Below are positions 26,596 through 39,035 of a DNA stretch of 64,000 nt, one piece after another. Positions within the stretch are counted from its first letter, which is position 1. Every line of letters begins with the position of its first letter. The stretch covers positions 57,412,001 to 57,476,000 of the forward strand of contig NC_043001.1 in the NCBI RefSeq assembly GCF_006345805.1, written 5' to 3'. The notes below the pieces were generated by a model. It searched no databases, was not told the origin of the DNA, and saw nothing but the letters and a program-made list of their open reading frames with translations. The DNA comes from Octopus sinensis (lineage: Eukaryota). The translations under genes and the position numbers were made by a program.

Positions 26596-29500
26596 AACAT
26601 AACCGGTTTTTTTATTGGCCACAAGGGGTGAACACAAAAACAAAGGACGATATAAGACAAGAGACAAGAGACAGCAGGAATTTGAATATAGTGCGTCTAA
26701 TGTGTAAAAAACAACTATTATCAATAAAATTCCCCAAAAGTGAGGCAAGCAAGGAACTCCATATACCTTGAACATACCTCAGTTTCTTTTTGAAATTTAA
26801 ATTGTTAATATCAATGAGTGTTTGGTTGAAGAGGAAACTATCGGTCTTCAATTCATTCAACCTCATCCACTACACTACATGTTTAGCCATAGCCACCAGC
26901 CAGAAGAAAACTGCCTTCCTTTCCAGGCCACAATAAGGCGGTAGGGTGATCCGCACGATGATCTTCACTGATCTTCGGATCAGTCATCTCCGAGTCAACA
27001 CCTGTTCGACAATGCTCCTCGTGTTACCAATACACGGACACAGGACGAATGCATGTAGAAAGATTTCATCACCTGCGCACATATCAGCCATGTCATTCTG
27101 ACTGAACTTCCATAGTTGTAGAGTTTGTCTCAAATCGGCAGGGCTCCCTGGTAAGACTGCCACGTTAAAGAATTCCATAAATTAACCATAGGTCCCGTTC
27201 CAAAAGTCTTTCGTAAAATACCAGTTAATTGATACCTTCCGACACCCAGACTTTCTCCGAGGACGTCGTCGCCATTGTCTGCCACAAAGCCCCTGTAGAA
27301 CTCCAATGTAGAAATGTAGAACTTTCAACGACTACATTGCCCAACTGCCTGTAGGCTACGAGCACTTGTCGACACTCCAGATGCCGAGCACTCATTTTCA
27401 GTCTAGACTTGATTAACAACTGTAGCTCCGTAAATGAGATAAGTTGCGGAAAATTCCGTCGGACAAACAGTGACCACACCTGATTAATGTTAAGGAAACG
27501 CTAGATATGTTACAGCCTCAGAGCATGTCTGCGATCATTATTAGATGCGGCATGATCAGTCCTCTACTCAGTGGCTGATAACAGCAAATGTAAGACGTTC
27601 CTTCCATAGAAAATAGAAGTTGATACGCCACAAAGTAGCCCAAGGGATGATGGTCAGGCGGTAGTAAATGGTGGAAGCGATGTACGCATTTACCATCTTT
27701 ACCCAACCTTTCAGTGCAGCATCATCTCTGCATATTTCTGGGTGAAACGGGCCACCCTACTCTTCATTTCACCACCATCACCCTACGACACTGCCCCGAG
27801 GCACAGAGCTCTAGGTATCGAGCTGCAGGTCCACGAACTTCTCCAGATTAATGCTTTCAAATGTTGCTGTTTCATACTCTTAGGGAAGTGCCGATTATCT
27901 CGAGCTCCTAGATGTCATACAATATTAATTTGACATCGTCTGCATAAGCCAATAGAAACCTACTGCATCTCAGGACTGAAGGGATGCCCGTCGAAACATC
28001 CAGCTTTCGTACCAATGGCTCGAGTCCAAACACATGCAGTAAGGGTGAGAGTGGACTGAATGTGCGATACTAAACGATTCCTATAGGTACCCACTTCGTT
28101 TTACTACCGAATAGATGGCGATGTACATTGCAGCGATCTAACCTCTGAAAATGCGACGAAAATAGTCGATCCTATCAAAAATGCTTTGATTGATCCACAT
28201 TGGTCAAGGTTCCAATCGATGCCATCTCCTTCTCTATCATGTAATGCCTGTAGTGGAAGTTTTACATAGATCTATTTGGGATAACACCTGCCAATCAAGG
28301 CGTGCATCCAAGACGACATTCCATTGCCCATTAAAACATTCTTAGACAGTGATCTGAGATGTTGAGCAGGCAGCTATGCTTCCAGAGGAAACCCAGACAA
28401 AGAACATTTATACACCCTACTTAAGGACCGGTAAGTATCTGGAGAAAAAACAAACGGGTTCTATTTATTCACCTTGTGCCGCTGGTTGTCAAATGGCTCA
28501 TCATATATAAATTGTAGGGATTACTTTACAAACTCTGTAAAAAAGCCTTCTTGTGCCTTTTACATTTATATGTTCCCAGAAGTATTCGCACCATCATCCA
28601 CTATTCTGGTACTTTAAGGATGCCGATCCCAAAGAGCTCACGCTTTCTCTCGATGTTCTTCCTTCGTGCTATTAGGGCCATCAATTTTTTGTTGGCTCTC
28701 CTCACTAGGAAGAAGTTTTGTGTTTGTGTGGATGGTTGATGCTGTTGAGGGTGATAGTGTTGGTTGAGTTGCTGGAGAAAGCTGCAGATGCGTTGACGAT
28801 TGTGATGTCTGCGGCAGTTGCAAGTGTGTTGGTGTGGTATATGACGTTTTATTGTTTTATTTTTCTTTCTTTTTGTATGTTTGGGGGCTCACTCACTTTT
28901 TCACGGAGAGATGAAGATGTATGCGTATATGTCTCATCGGATTGGGAGTCGATGTGAACTTAGGGGAGACGTAAAGCGGGGGGGGGGGAGGAAAGTTTCA
29001 TAGGAAGATCCCCTTTGTGTTGTAGGTGTTCGTTTCTTCCGTTGAAGGTGGTGGTGACGCATTGACGCCGATATTGTTGGTGTTGTTGGTAACTCTCGTG
29101 TTGCCGTTGTTGCTGGTGGAGGTGTTTCCCACCGTTTTCTGATTTTATTGTTCTTGTGGTTGATGATGACATTGTTTAGGGGGGGGGAGGTTTGCCGCTT
29201 TATTGTTGATTATTGCTGGTTTAGTTTTTGAGGCTTTTGGAGACATGGTTTGTTAGTAAATGGGTTTCTATTGTGCTCTGTCTTCTGTTGCGGTCAGAAA
29301 GCTCTCAAATATCATGTTTTCCCACGCAGGTGACTTTGTGGTTTTCTACCATCACCCGTTTCATGTAGGCCTTTCTCTTCATGGAAGGCGAATGAAATCT
29401 GCTATCTTGTGAATGGTATCTGGTTTAATGTAGAGTAGTAATTCTCGATGAGTCCGCTTCACATCCAGGAGGCTACTACTTTGTGCCAACCGAACATCAA

Positions 29501-30004
29501 CAACACACAGGGTTTCTTCCTACGAAACTCTCCATCTTCCCACCGCTCTCCGTCTCCCCTAAACCCTTCCAAAACGATACTCCTTAAAATCTTACGTAAA
29601 TTTATCTCGGTGAAATTCCTGAGATATTTAACTTCACCTTGCGCTTCCATGAAAACGATGGATAGAGCACATACTCTTCTCTCCGTCAGGGATCCACGGA
29701 ATGTTTGGCAGCCAGAGCTTCAGTCTTCAAATCACAGAAATGCCTGCGCTCGAGATATGTTGAATGCCAGGCATTATCTCTTTCGTCGCACTCTTCATAT
29801 CTGGCCGACTAACGTATCCGGCCGCGTGGTATTTATAGAAACATATTTATAAATTTTGTCTGTGTCACTGCTAAAACTCATGCTTTTTCCAAGCCTTATC
29901 AGTTTGGCTGATTGGGCCAGACACATATCTGCATGTAGGATATCCATCCAGTGCCGCTCTCTACCTTTCTCAGCCATGGCTGAAAATGTGTTGTAGTTGA
30001 GGAT
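26596..30004 (-). mobile_element. Tx1/L1-type LINE: decayed ORF1 plus RT and C-terminal zinc region, endonuclease apparently deleted
   Basis: Minus strand has a decayed knuckle GRKPQSHLRGKT*YLRAF*PQ (CX2CX4HX4C spacing) at ~29285-29345; RT motifs DQSKAF, SPLSPLLHVFGLEPLVRKL, LAYADDV (27932-27946) and NAYIASTIYYRLTIIP; C-terminal DEIFLHAFVLCP; 3' end TTGTGTTCACCCCTTGTGGCCAATAAA. Confidence 0.88.
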
Positions 30005-30178
30005 CACCTGCAACGTCATGCGCTGTTTATCTTGGTATGTGATCACCATGTCACGCATACATGGTTGTGATGCATGTGCCTGGTGTACCCTTATCAGACA
30101 GGTAGTCATGATGGGTATACTGGGCTTCGTATCTTTTACCCTAGTGTCACTTTGATAGCATGCATTGCTCTCTCATTC
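30005..30178 (+). mobile_element. Right-end fragment of the ~550-bp (AAT)n-associated repeat, copy 3
   Basis: CACCTGCAACGTCATGCGCTGTTTATCTTG ... GCATGCATTGCTCTCTCATTC followed by (AAT)n; matches 8431-8603. Confidence 0.85.
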
Positions 30179-30195
30179 AATAATAATAATAATAA

Positions 30196-30258
<63 letters not shown>
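30179..30258. repeat. (AAT)n microsatellite
   Basis: AAT run. Confidence 0.95.
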
Positions 30259-30476
30259 TTCTACTGAAGGCACAAAACCTTGAATTTGTAGCAATGGACG
30301 TAGACGATTACATCGACCTCAGTACTCAACTAATGCTTAATTCATCGACCCTGAAAGGATAAAAAGCAAAGGCGAAGTCGATCTCGGCGAAATTTGAACT
30401 CAGATCGTAAAGACAGCCGAAATACCGCCAACCGCTTCGCCAGGCGTTCTAACGATTTTGTCAGCTCGCCACCTTA
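30259..30476 (-). mobile_element. SINE family A
   Basis: Reverse complement starts AAGGTGGCGAGCTGACAAAATCGTTAGAACG, contains GAGTTCAAATTTCGCCGAGATCGACTTCGCC and ends GCCTTCAGTAGAAATT running into (ATT)n. Confidence 0.85.
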
Positions 30477-30504
30477 GTATTAGTATTAGTAGTAGTAGTA
30501 GTAT

Positions 30505-30538
<34 letters not shown>

Positions 30539-30540
30539 TG
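30477..30540. repeat. (AGT)n microsatellite
   Basis: AGT run with ATT variants. Confidence 0.93.
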
Positions 30541-30552
30541 TAAGAATAATAA

Positions 30553-32310
30553 TAATTTCTTTATTAACCACTAAAACTTTGCGAAAATACAGAGGCAGGT
30601 TGGGACGGTATCATACAATGTGGAATTGCATACAAAAATGTAAATTGTAAAAAGACAAAAATAGAGAAAGAAATAAAATATTTAAGAAATAATATTTGAA
30701 AATGGAGAGAGTTCATACACTACACTTTCATCCAACTTTCAATAAATATACTGGATGGAATCACTTACTTTTCCTCTTTCAATTTCCCTCGAAGCAAAAT
30801 TAGCGTCGGAAAATGAAAGTATCTGTTTTCAACACTTTCAGTCTGGTGCATCACACACCTGTCTTTTCTATAGTAATGAAACAAATAAAAGTGTGTCTCC
30901 GTCGAGCTGAACATAGGCGGCGAGACGATTTTTTCAGTGGACCTATTTGATAGCTGGATTTGTGCCATACATAACAGTACAACACCGTAAGACAGAAATG
31001 CTCCGGCCCAGGACGAGTACGTACAGACCAATTTCGTCGCCCTACTTTGCATCTGGAGAGGCCTAGTTGAAGGCACTTCTATGCCGGTAAATTGTACCTC
31101 AACTGGTAATAGCCACTCCACAACCGGTAGCTTTGCCAAGTTTTCAAGGAAGCCATCTGTAGGTACCAGCCCAAAAGTAATTTAGAACAGACAGGCCAGC
31201 TGATTAGGACCAATATCCAGAGACCCTCCATTATATCGTCGCTCTCGCTGAGCACGAACCCTCTACAGAGTGACCAAGTGGAAATTCCAACGGCCTCATT
31301 GCCTGACTGGCCGAGGACTTGGAGCCTTTATTGAAACTCTAGTATTAGTCGCCCTACTTCGATCTACGATTGATCCAGGTCTGCAGATTAATAAAAATGA
31401 TGAACTACTGAAAAGCGATAAATGGTGATCGCTCTGCTCGCCAGCAAGGCAACACTTGCGTTGTTGCAGATTCACCGCAAGACTTCGCATTATCAACCAA
31501 AGCCTGTCTAGTCCTCCACTCAGTTTACGAGTAGAGCGTTTGATAAATGTGACGCGGCACAACTAATGAAAGTCGAAGAGTATGCACTCCTGTCTGTATA
31601 TTTGTCAAATGATTCGAGTCAATGCAGTTATGCTGTATTAGGAGACGGAGGTAAACTAAGCCGTCACCTCCTCTGCTTCATCTTTCTAGAATAGTTCTCG
31701 CTCGGCCATTTCTGTATAAAACTGTGCACCATATTCGCCACTTATTCCCAGTTCTTTTCCGCTTGTAGGTCTGAACCAAACAGCATATCAAGTTAATTCA
31801 ATTAGTTCACCCAAGAGTGCTGCTGGACATGTTTACCGAACTGCAGCCCTTATGAGTTTTCGTTTGTGATTTTTCGTCCGGTATTCGCCTCGTAGTCACT
31901 AAACACACTGCTGATTACATAGATATGCTTGCCGTTTCGACACTATGGCGGTGACTTTGTCTGCGTATGTCGATACCTGTCTTCCACATATTAGGATCCG
32001 CAATATGCCTCTCAGCATTTATTTCTCTTTCAAAATTAGTACATAAAAACAGAAGGTAAACCTTGTCTCACCGTGTTCATGATACTGAATGGTTCCAATA
32101 GTTGACCATTCAGACAAACCATCGAGCCGATGACACGATATAATTACGCGACTCCAACCGTAGAAGATGAGACCACATCCGGTTCACCCTATTGTTGGTT
32201 GTACCAATCAATAGATTTTCAATGTTCCAAATTGCTTAAGTCCCTACACATGGTAGGTTCTGCATCCATTCACTTTATGGTGTATTTATTGAATGAAGAT
32301 GAGGTTATTG
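30553..32310 (-). mobile_element. Tx1/L1-type LINE ORF2 fragment (RT to 3' end)
   Basis: Minus strand reads GLKQFG, STYADKVTAIVS (~31945-31980), IKRSTRKLSGGLDRLWLIMR..GEQ and WQSYR, then C-terminal remnants. Ends GTGGTTAATAAAGAAATTATTATT. Confidence 0.8.
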
Positions 32311-32339
32311 TGAATTGATACTTCTTGGATGGTATAGAG

Positions 32340-32800
32340 TTATGTCGTCCGTCAGATTGATTAGGTCAGTGTCGTTTTCGTGATGCATTAATAACTTTAT
32401 ACTTTGGCCGGACCAAATGTGTTTGTGCAGCTTTTGGAGCTGTAGAGTATTAGTTTCATCCTATGTGCTGTAAGGTCAGATTGTGCTAAACAGTACATAT
32501 TTATTATTTCTACAATATTAATACCAAATCAGATTAATTTATACTTGTTGTAGAATCTTTCCTGGCCTCGTCTACTTTAGAGAATCTCAATTTTATCTTC
32601 CTCTCCACCTAGTGACGTACGTTTTGTACCCCAGTTTGGTCTAAGGCACTTTTCTCTTTGCTGCTATGTGACCTGTTCTACTTCCCTACAGTTTGCTGCT
32701 AATATCTTGTATACCCTAGCTTTGAGTTTGGTTTCTTGTCGAATAGATGCCGGTATATTCTGCGCATTCACGTTTATAATTCTTCCGACGATGAACTAAT
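32340..32800 (-). mobile_element. Possible decayed RTE-type LINE 3' fragment
   Basis: Minus strand SIRQETKLKARVYKI, HRMKLILYSSK and SGQSIK resemble the RTE thumb region. Heavily degraded. Confidence 0.45.
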
Positions 32801-34039
32801 TTCTTTTTCTAATGAGCTTACGGCGTTGAAGAACTCACAAACGCTCGATTAGCAATTCATCGATAATTTTTTCTTTCTTTTTCTTTGCATTTGCGTTTGC
32901 TTTGATGGAAGTGGATGGGAAGACGTGGAACGTGCAGGTGTGTTGAAAGGTCAATGCATTGTTTTGTTTTTGTTGAATGTTCTCATTTTTGTAGTAGTTG
33001 TTTATCTTTCGTTGTTATTATTTTCCTTGTCATTGTGTTATTGCTATTGTTCTTTACATTCACTTTATTGCTGTTTAATTTTGTTTTGATGGGCACTAAT
33101 GGTAGCAATGGTGTTCATGGTGGTGATGGTGGAGCCTTTCACAAAATTTGAAGGCTTTATCAGAAAGGCTCTCCCAGGTTGTGATCCGATTCCTCTGACA
33201 TTTTGCTGCTTTCTTCATCATTTTCTAAAGACATGCTCTCTTCATAATATTAAGGAAGTGAGGATATAATAAAGAAAATGCAGCACATTCCTCCCCGAAG
33301 AGACGAATATTTCACGAGACTCACTGAATATTGGTTGACTTAATAAAAGAACAGCACAAAATAGAAATAAGCGTCCTCCCAACAACATCAGACAATAAAT
33401 TCTTACAAATTCCAAAATGAGGTTTCTTGCTTACGAAAATAACAACATCAATAATAACAATACAGCAACAACAACATTGATGATAATAATTATAGTAATT
33501 ATTATAATGGAAATAGGAATATAGAAACTAAAAAAGAAAAAATTACAGCTTTTAATGTTTAAATTTGGGCATTTCTGTTTGTGTTTTTTTATGTGATTGT
33601 TTAATAGGTAATTGGGAATTAAGAAGAATGTCAGTTAAAATTTCTCCGTGTCTTTATTTCATAATGCTAAAGGGAATTAGTTTCCTTTTCCGCTCTTGGT
33701 TTGCAATATCTATATAGTTTAGCAGAAACGGGAAGACACGACAACCACTTTAACTTTAACTAGATATCAGTTGACGCAAAACCAAGTTTTCTCCTCACTA
33801 TGACCTTTCCTTGATTTTAAAATTGTCCTTCTACTACTTCAGACCGATTTGTCGGTGGCAATTTAACTGTCATATAGAATCTTCGAAACTGTGATATAAA
33901 GATAGTTTTCATTCGCATGGTGACCTTTTAAGCTACATGTACGTTCAGAAAGAAGATCAGATTATTTAGAAAGCAACTATAGGTCATATTTCGATTCGCT
34001 TGACTCAAAATGCCTTGTTTCTACCTTCTGTTCAATTCT

Positions 34040-34701
34040 CTGTAGATTGACATATGCTTGTATGTACATAGGTATATATGTATATTCGTATGTATTTATA
34101 TATGCATACAAATACATACATATACGTACACACATACACACACACATGTAAATATTTAGTTAAATATACATATAGACATGCATATGTATATATATGTATG
34201 TAAGTCTCCATATATATATTTATATATATATAAATATATATATATATACATATATATATACATATACATATATATATATATATACACACATATATATATA
34301 CATATATATACACACGCACACTCATGACGAGTATATGTTTAACTACATACATCTACGTACATGTGTGTTTAACCACATGCATGCATATACACACACATAT
34401 ACATATGTGTATATGTATGCATAAGTATAGAAGAATACTCACACTCGCACAAACAAGGTGTGACAGAAAATCCACCTATATTTTATATTGCCATTCTTGT
34501 AGCAATAATAATGTTAGATGGGGTTTACAAATAGCAAATATCTATCTTATCCTCTTTTTTTTCTACTAACTAACATAGTTTAGCGGTGTACAACTTGCAT
34601 TTGTTGTTAAAACGTCTATGAATAATGGTGAATCTGAATAATGGTGAATCTGAAAATCTTTATATAGACACATACGCATGTAAAATTATAAACAAATGAG
34701 A

Positions 34702-34764
<63 letters not shown>

Positions 34765-34771
34765 CACACAC
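34040..34771. repeat. Compound TA/CA low-complexity region and (CA)n at 34704-34771
   Basis: Direct inspection. Confidence 0.9.
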
Positions 34772-35289
34772 ATGTGTAGGTACGCATGTATGTGGTTATA
34801 TTTGTATGTTTAAAACTCGTACTTGATTGATCATATACTTGATCTAAGACCGTATGTTTAAAGTTCCAAAGTTAAATATTACATGGTTGAAACGTCAATC
34901 AGAAACTATTCTATTCCATTATCGGAAGAAGCTCAAATGTGCCAATCGTTATATATGCTCATCCTATTTCAGTACTAATAACTGTATCGTGGAATATCGA
35001 AGAGGAATTATTTTGTTAATGACCTGAATCTCAGAAAACACATTGTATACTGCGGTAAAAGGTAGTCTTTGCGAGATAAGTCCATGAATTATTTGGAACC
35101 TCTCCAAACCTGCATTGTTGCCTACATGCAAAGTGGATGGCTGTTTTATTACTATGGGAAGACAACCTAGCAAGGTTCCCACAAGCACACATCCAGCAAT
35201 CGCGGAAGATAAAGAAGATGATGCGTATATATGTATATAACAACTTTTGGGAGATTATCTCTTTCTTATATATATATATATATATAGGA

Positions 35290-36041
35290 GACGAAAAATT
35301 ATAATAAGGCAGAATGCTAAGTTGAAATTAAATTTTAATAAAAATGGGTGTATGGAAAATTAAAAAAGAAAGAATAATATATCAACCCGGTTTTCATTGC
35401 AAGGCAAATTTTCAAGATTTGGAACGGTAATATTTTTTTTTAAATTGAGGAAGGGGAAAAAAGAAATTTACAACGTTTTTTTTCAAAAAAATAATAATAC
35501 ATATATATAAAAATACATTGTAGAGTCTTTATGCATTTAGAGTTCAATAATAGTTCGTGGAAAAACTTATTTGGAGGATTAGAATCCATGTTCTTAAATG
35601 TAGTGTTTTGTTTGAAGCGTTGGGAGAATGTGTGTCAAAACAGGGAATAGGGTAGGAGTTATCCAGTTCCTGTGAGTAAGGGGAGACAATTTAATTGGAA
35701 TGATGTTTTTTTGTGAAACAGGATGCTTATATCAATTTTTGTCAGATAGGATGCTAGAAAAAGGAGTATGGTCATCGTGGGGTTTGCATATTAAGATGCG
35801 TTTGGAATTTTTCAATGAAAAGATTCTCCTTGCTGAATCTTTCTTGCGTAGAGATTCCGTCTTTACATTGGTAGAAAGGGAATATGTGAAATTTGGGATC
35901 TATATCACTAGCGCATGAGTCTATGTGGCTACTTAATGGAATTTGACGGTATTGTGGGAGATTTATGTTCTTTAAGGACAGCTAATCTGCTACGTAAAGG
36001 AAGGCTCGTTTGTCCAATATAATTGTGTTGGCAACCGGCGC

Positions 36042-36102
<61 letters not shown>

Positions 36103-36120
36103 GTATATATTATTCACTGC
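35290..36120 (-). mobile_element. Penelope-like element 3' portion (GIY-YIG endonuclease plus terminal region)
   Basis: Minus strand NNIYLI[(TA)n]TCAGCQHNYIGQTSLPLRSR..KEH, then PLSSHIDSCASDIDPKFHIFPFYQCKDG..ERFSKENL and EKFQTHLN. Decayed hammerhead-like motif at ~35386-35420. Confidence 0.82.
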
Positions 36121-36498
36121 AGCCCTTCGCTTCAGGAGTATCTCAGCGCGCCAGAACCAAGACATTTGAAATTTTATTCCCGATGTAATCAGTAAGACTA
36201 AGCACGTGTCTGTCTTGACACAGAGAGCTGGGGTTAGTCTTGCGGTTTGCATCACGAGGACCGAATGTACTGAAGAAGTCACGGACACTTGAATTATGCA
36301 AGTAATTCTTTTGTTAAGACCGAAACCGAGGTATGCATTTAAGTCTGTTATTTATTTAATTTTTCATATGTCCTGCCCGCCAAAGTTGGTTCTGGTGTTC
36401 GCTGAATTCTTCCTCTAGAGAATTTCCCTTGTAGTTTGATCGTTGATGATCTTCTTCTACCATTCTGGCCGGCTACCTAGCAGGCCAGCCCTGCCAAT

Positions 36499-36585
<87 letters not shown>

Positions 36586-36587
36586 AA

Positions 36588-37309
36588 TGAAGGGTGAAAT
36601 TAATTAATTTGGAATAATTATCAATTACACCAAGTAGTCTTCGGCATGTAAAAGCCTCATTCGAGGAAAATTTAAGTAATACTAAGCAATAAAGGGTTTA
36701 GCAACGAATTGCCTTACCACATACCGAATTTAGAAATAGCAGTCAAAGAGTTATAGCTATTTCTTCTACTAAAAAGGGAGATCTCAGTAAAAACAGCAAT
36801 TGGAAGGCAGACACAAACAGGTAGGAGAGAATGAATTGACGGCAATCTATCATACAATTTTAAGTTATCTACGGACGCACGTTTCGAAATCAAGTTTTTA
36901 GGAAAGCATAAGAATTAAATATTAAATAATTCTACCTTACCAAAACTTCTTTTCTCTTCAGCGTGGTATACTATAATCATAAATGATTATATATTGAATT
37001 TTGAGATACTAGAAGGCACCAACTCAACTCAGTATCAGAGCGAGCTAGAATCCGCAACTAGTATCACCAAATTCAATGTGTGAATGAAAAGATTGTGTCA
37101 CCAGCCCCTTCCCACCCGCGTGTAGCCAAAACAAAAATTGTATGATAGATTGCCGTCAATTCATTCTCTCTTACCTGTTTGTGTCTGCCTTCCAATTGCT
37201 GTTTTTACTGAGATCTCCTTTTTAGTAGAAGAAATAGCTATAACTCTTTGACTGCTATTTCTAAATTCGGTATGTGGTAAGGCAATTCGTTGCTAAACCC
37301 TTTATTGCT
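36588..37309. repeat. Foldback structure with 177-bp inverted arms (36685-36861 and 37134-37309)
   Basis: The arms are reverse complements differing by one substitution and one 1-bp indel; the spacer is 272 bp. Microsatellites flank both sides. Confidence 0.92.
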
Positions 37310-37358
37310 ATATATATATATATATATATATAATAATATATATATATATATATATATA

Positions 37359-37569
37359 CTCTTTTAATTGTTTCAGTCATTTGACTGCGGTCATGCTGGA
37401 GCACCGCTTTTAATCGAGCAGCTCGACCCCGGGACTTATTCTTTTGTAACCCCAGTACTTATTCTATCGGTCTCTTTTGCCGAACCGCTAAGTAACGGGT
37501 ACATAAATACACCAGCATCAGTTGTCAAGCAATGCTAGGGGGACAAACACAGACACACAAGCACACACG

Positions 37570-37636
<67 letters not shown>

Positions 37637-37680
37637 TACGACGGGCTTCTTTCAGTTTCCTTCTACCAAATCCACTCACA
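37359..37680 (-). mobile_element. SINE family B (CORE-like, internal microsatellite), head missing
   Basis: TTGTTTCAGTCATTTGACTGCGGTCATGCTGGAGCACCGC ... GGGGGACAAACACAGACACAC-(TA)n-GACGGGCTTCTTTCAGTTTCC; same layout as 54573-54985 and 59818-60257. Confidence 0.88.
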
Positions 37681-37889
37681 TATATATACAGACGTGCCGT
37701 GACAAAGTATTATGGAACAAATGTTATTTTAACAAGATACATCTAGTAATCACCTGAAGAGACACATCGACATCAACAGATACTCCTAAGCCAGTTGCTC
37801 AGTATCCCACCCATGAAGAAGCCATGCTTGATGGATCGAATGTTTATTCCGATCAATGAACATTCTTGTATCTTCCATCTTCCGTCTTC

Positions 37890-37926
<37 letters not shown>

Positions 37927-38872
37927 GCGCACGCATAGGCACATTTACTTATGATTGGGTATGCATGTGTGCGTGTACGTACATTTGAATATACAGCGAA
38001 GAATAAGAAACACAAATATCGGAAATGATATAATGTACTGCATAAACCACCTCGTAGACAAGAGCGATAATTTCTACACACTATAAATGGTAAAGTCTAA
38101 GAAATAATTATAAGCTGTTTAAATGCTAAGAGCATAAAATTTTAATATTTTTCCAAATTAATGACAATGCAGATAAAGATAACATTATATAGTTTAAATA
38201 TAGATTAAGTTTTGGTCGATGGGTAATGAGTTCATGCAAATTCTGAAATGTATTGATGCAAGTATTATGAAAAAATGGAATTGCTATAAGCAAAATATCT
38301 GTGATATATACAAAACCAGAAGAAGATGTTTACATGTGATCAACAGTTATTCTTAATAATAATGCACGTAGCAATACAAATTTAAAGTAAGAAATGTAAG
38401 CTCCAAGAAATGCGCAATAGCAAACTGCACAAACATTGAAACAAATAGAATTCAAACAAAATGCGAAAATACGTTATTTTTTGAAATCGGAAGATTTTCT
38501 TTAATTTTTGATTTTGCTAAGCATCTACTGAAGTCCAAACCCACCGATCAATTGAAGAAGGGGAATTAGTGCGATCTTTCAAATCAATGCAAGTCAAAAT
38601 ATAAATTATTAATAACTTGCATTCGTGAAATCAAATCATACGATTTTTAGTGTGAGCAAAAAATAAAATCAATAAGAATTATGGAAAATCATACTTTTAG
38701 ATTTTCACTTGATCTAAATATTCTTCTTTGCATAATGCAAATTTAGACAGAAAATATAAAACTGCTGCGAAAGAGCAAGAGCATCCATTCGTTCTATATT
38801 AAATAAATCAAGTAAAATAAGGAATTTTATAAGTTTATTAACTATTCTACCTTCGATAATCTCGGAACTACT

Positions 38873-39035
<163 letters not shown>

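Noticed and set aside
35031-35243. NKTAIHFACRQ, ankyrin-like motif on the minus strand
   Set aside because: A single half-repeat without the following helix pattern or good splice sites.
36630-36680. CTCGAATGAGGC-TTTTACAT-GCCGAAG on the minus strand, hammerhead-like
   Set aside because: Core is not CUGANGA, and GAAG replaces GAAA.
37800-37870. CATGAAGA-GCCAT/ATGG-CGAAT, hammerhead-like
   Set aside because: Both core halves deviate and the cleavage-site geometry is non-canonical; at best a fossil.
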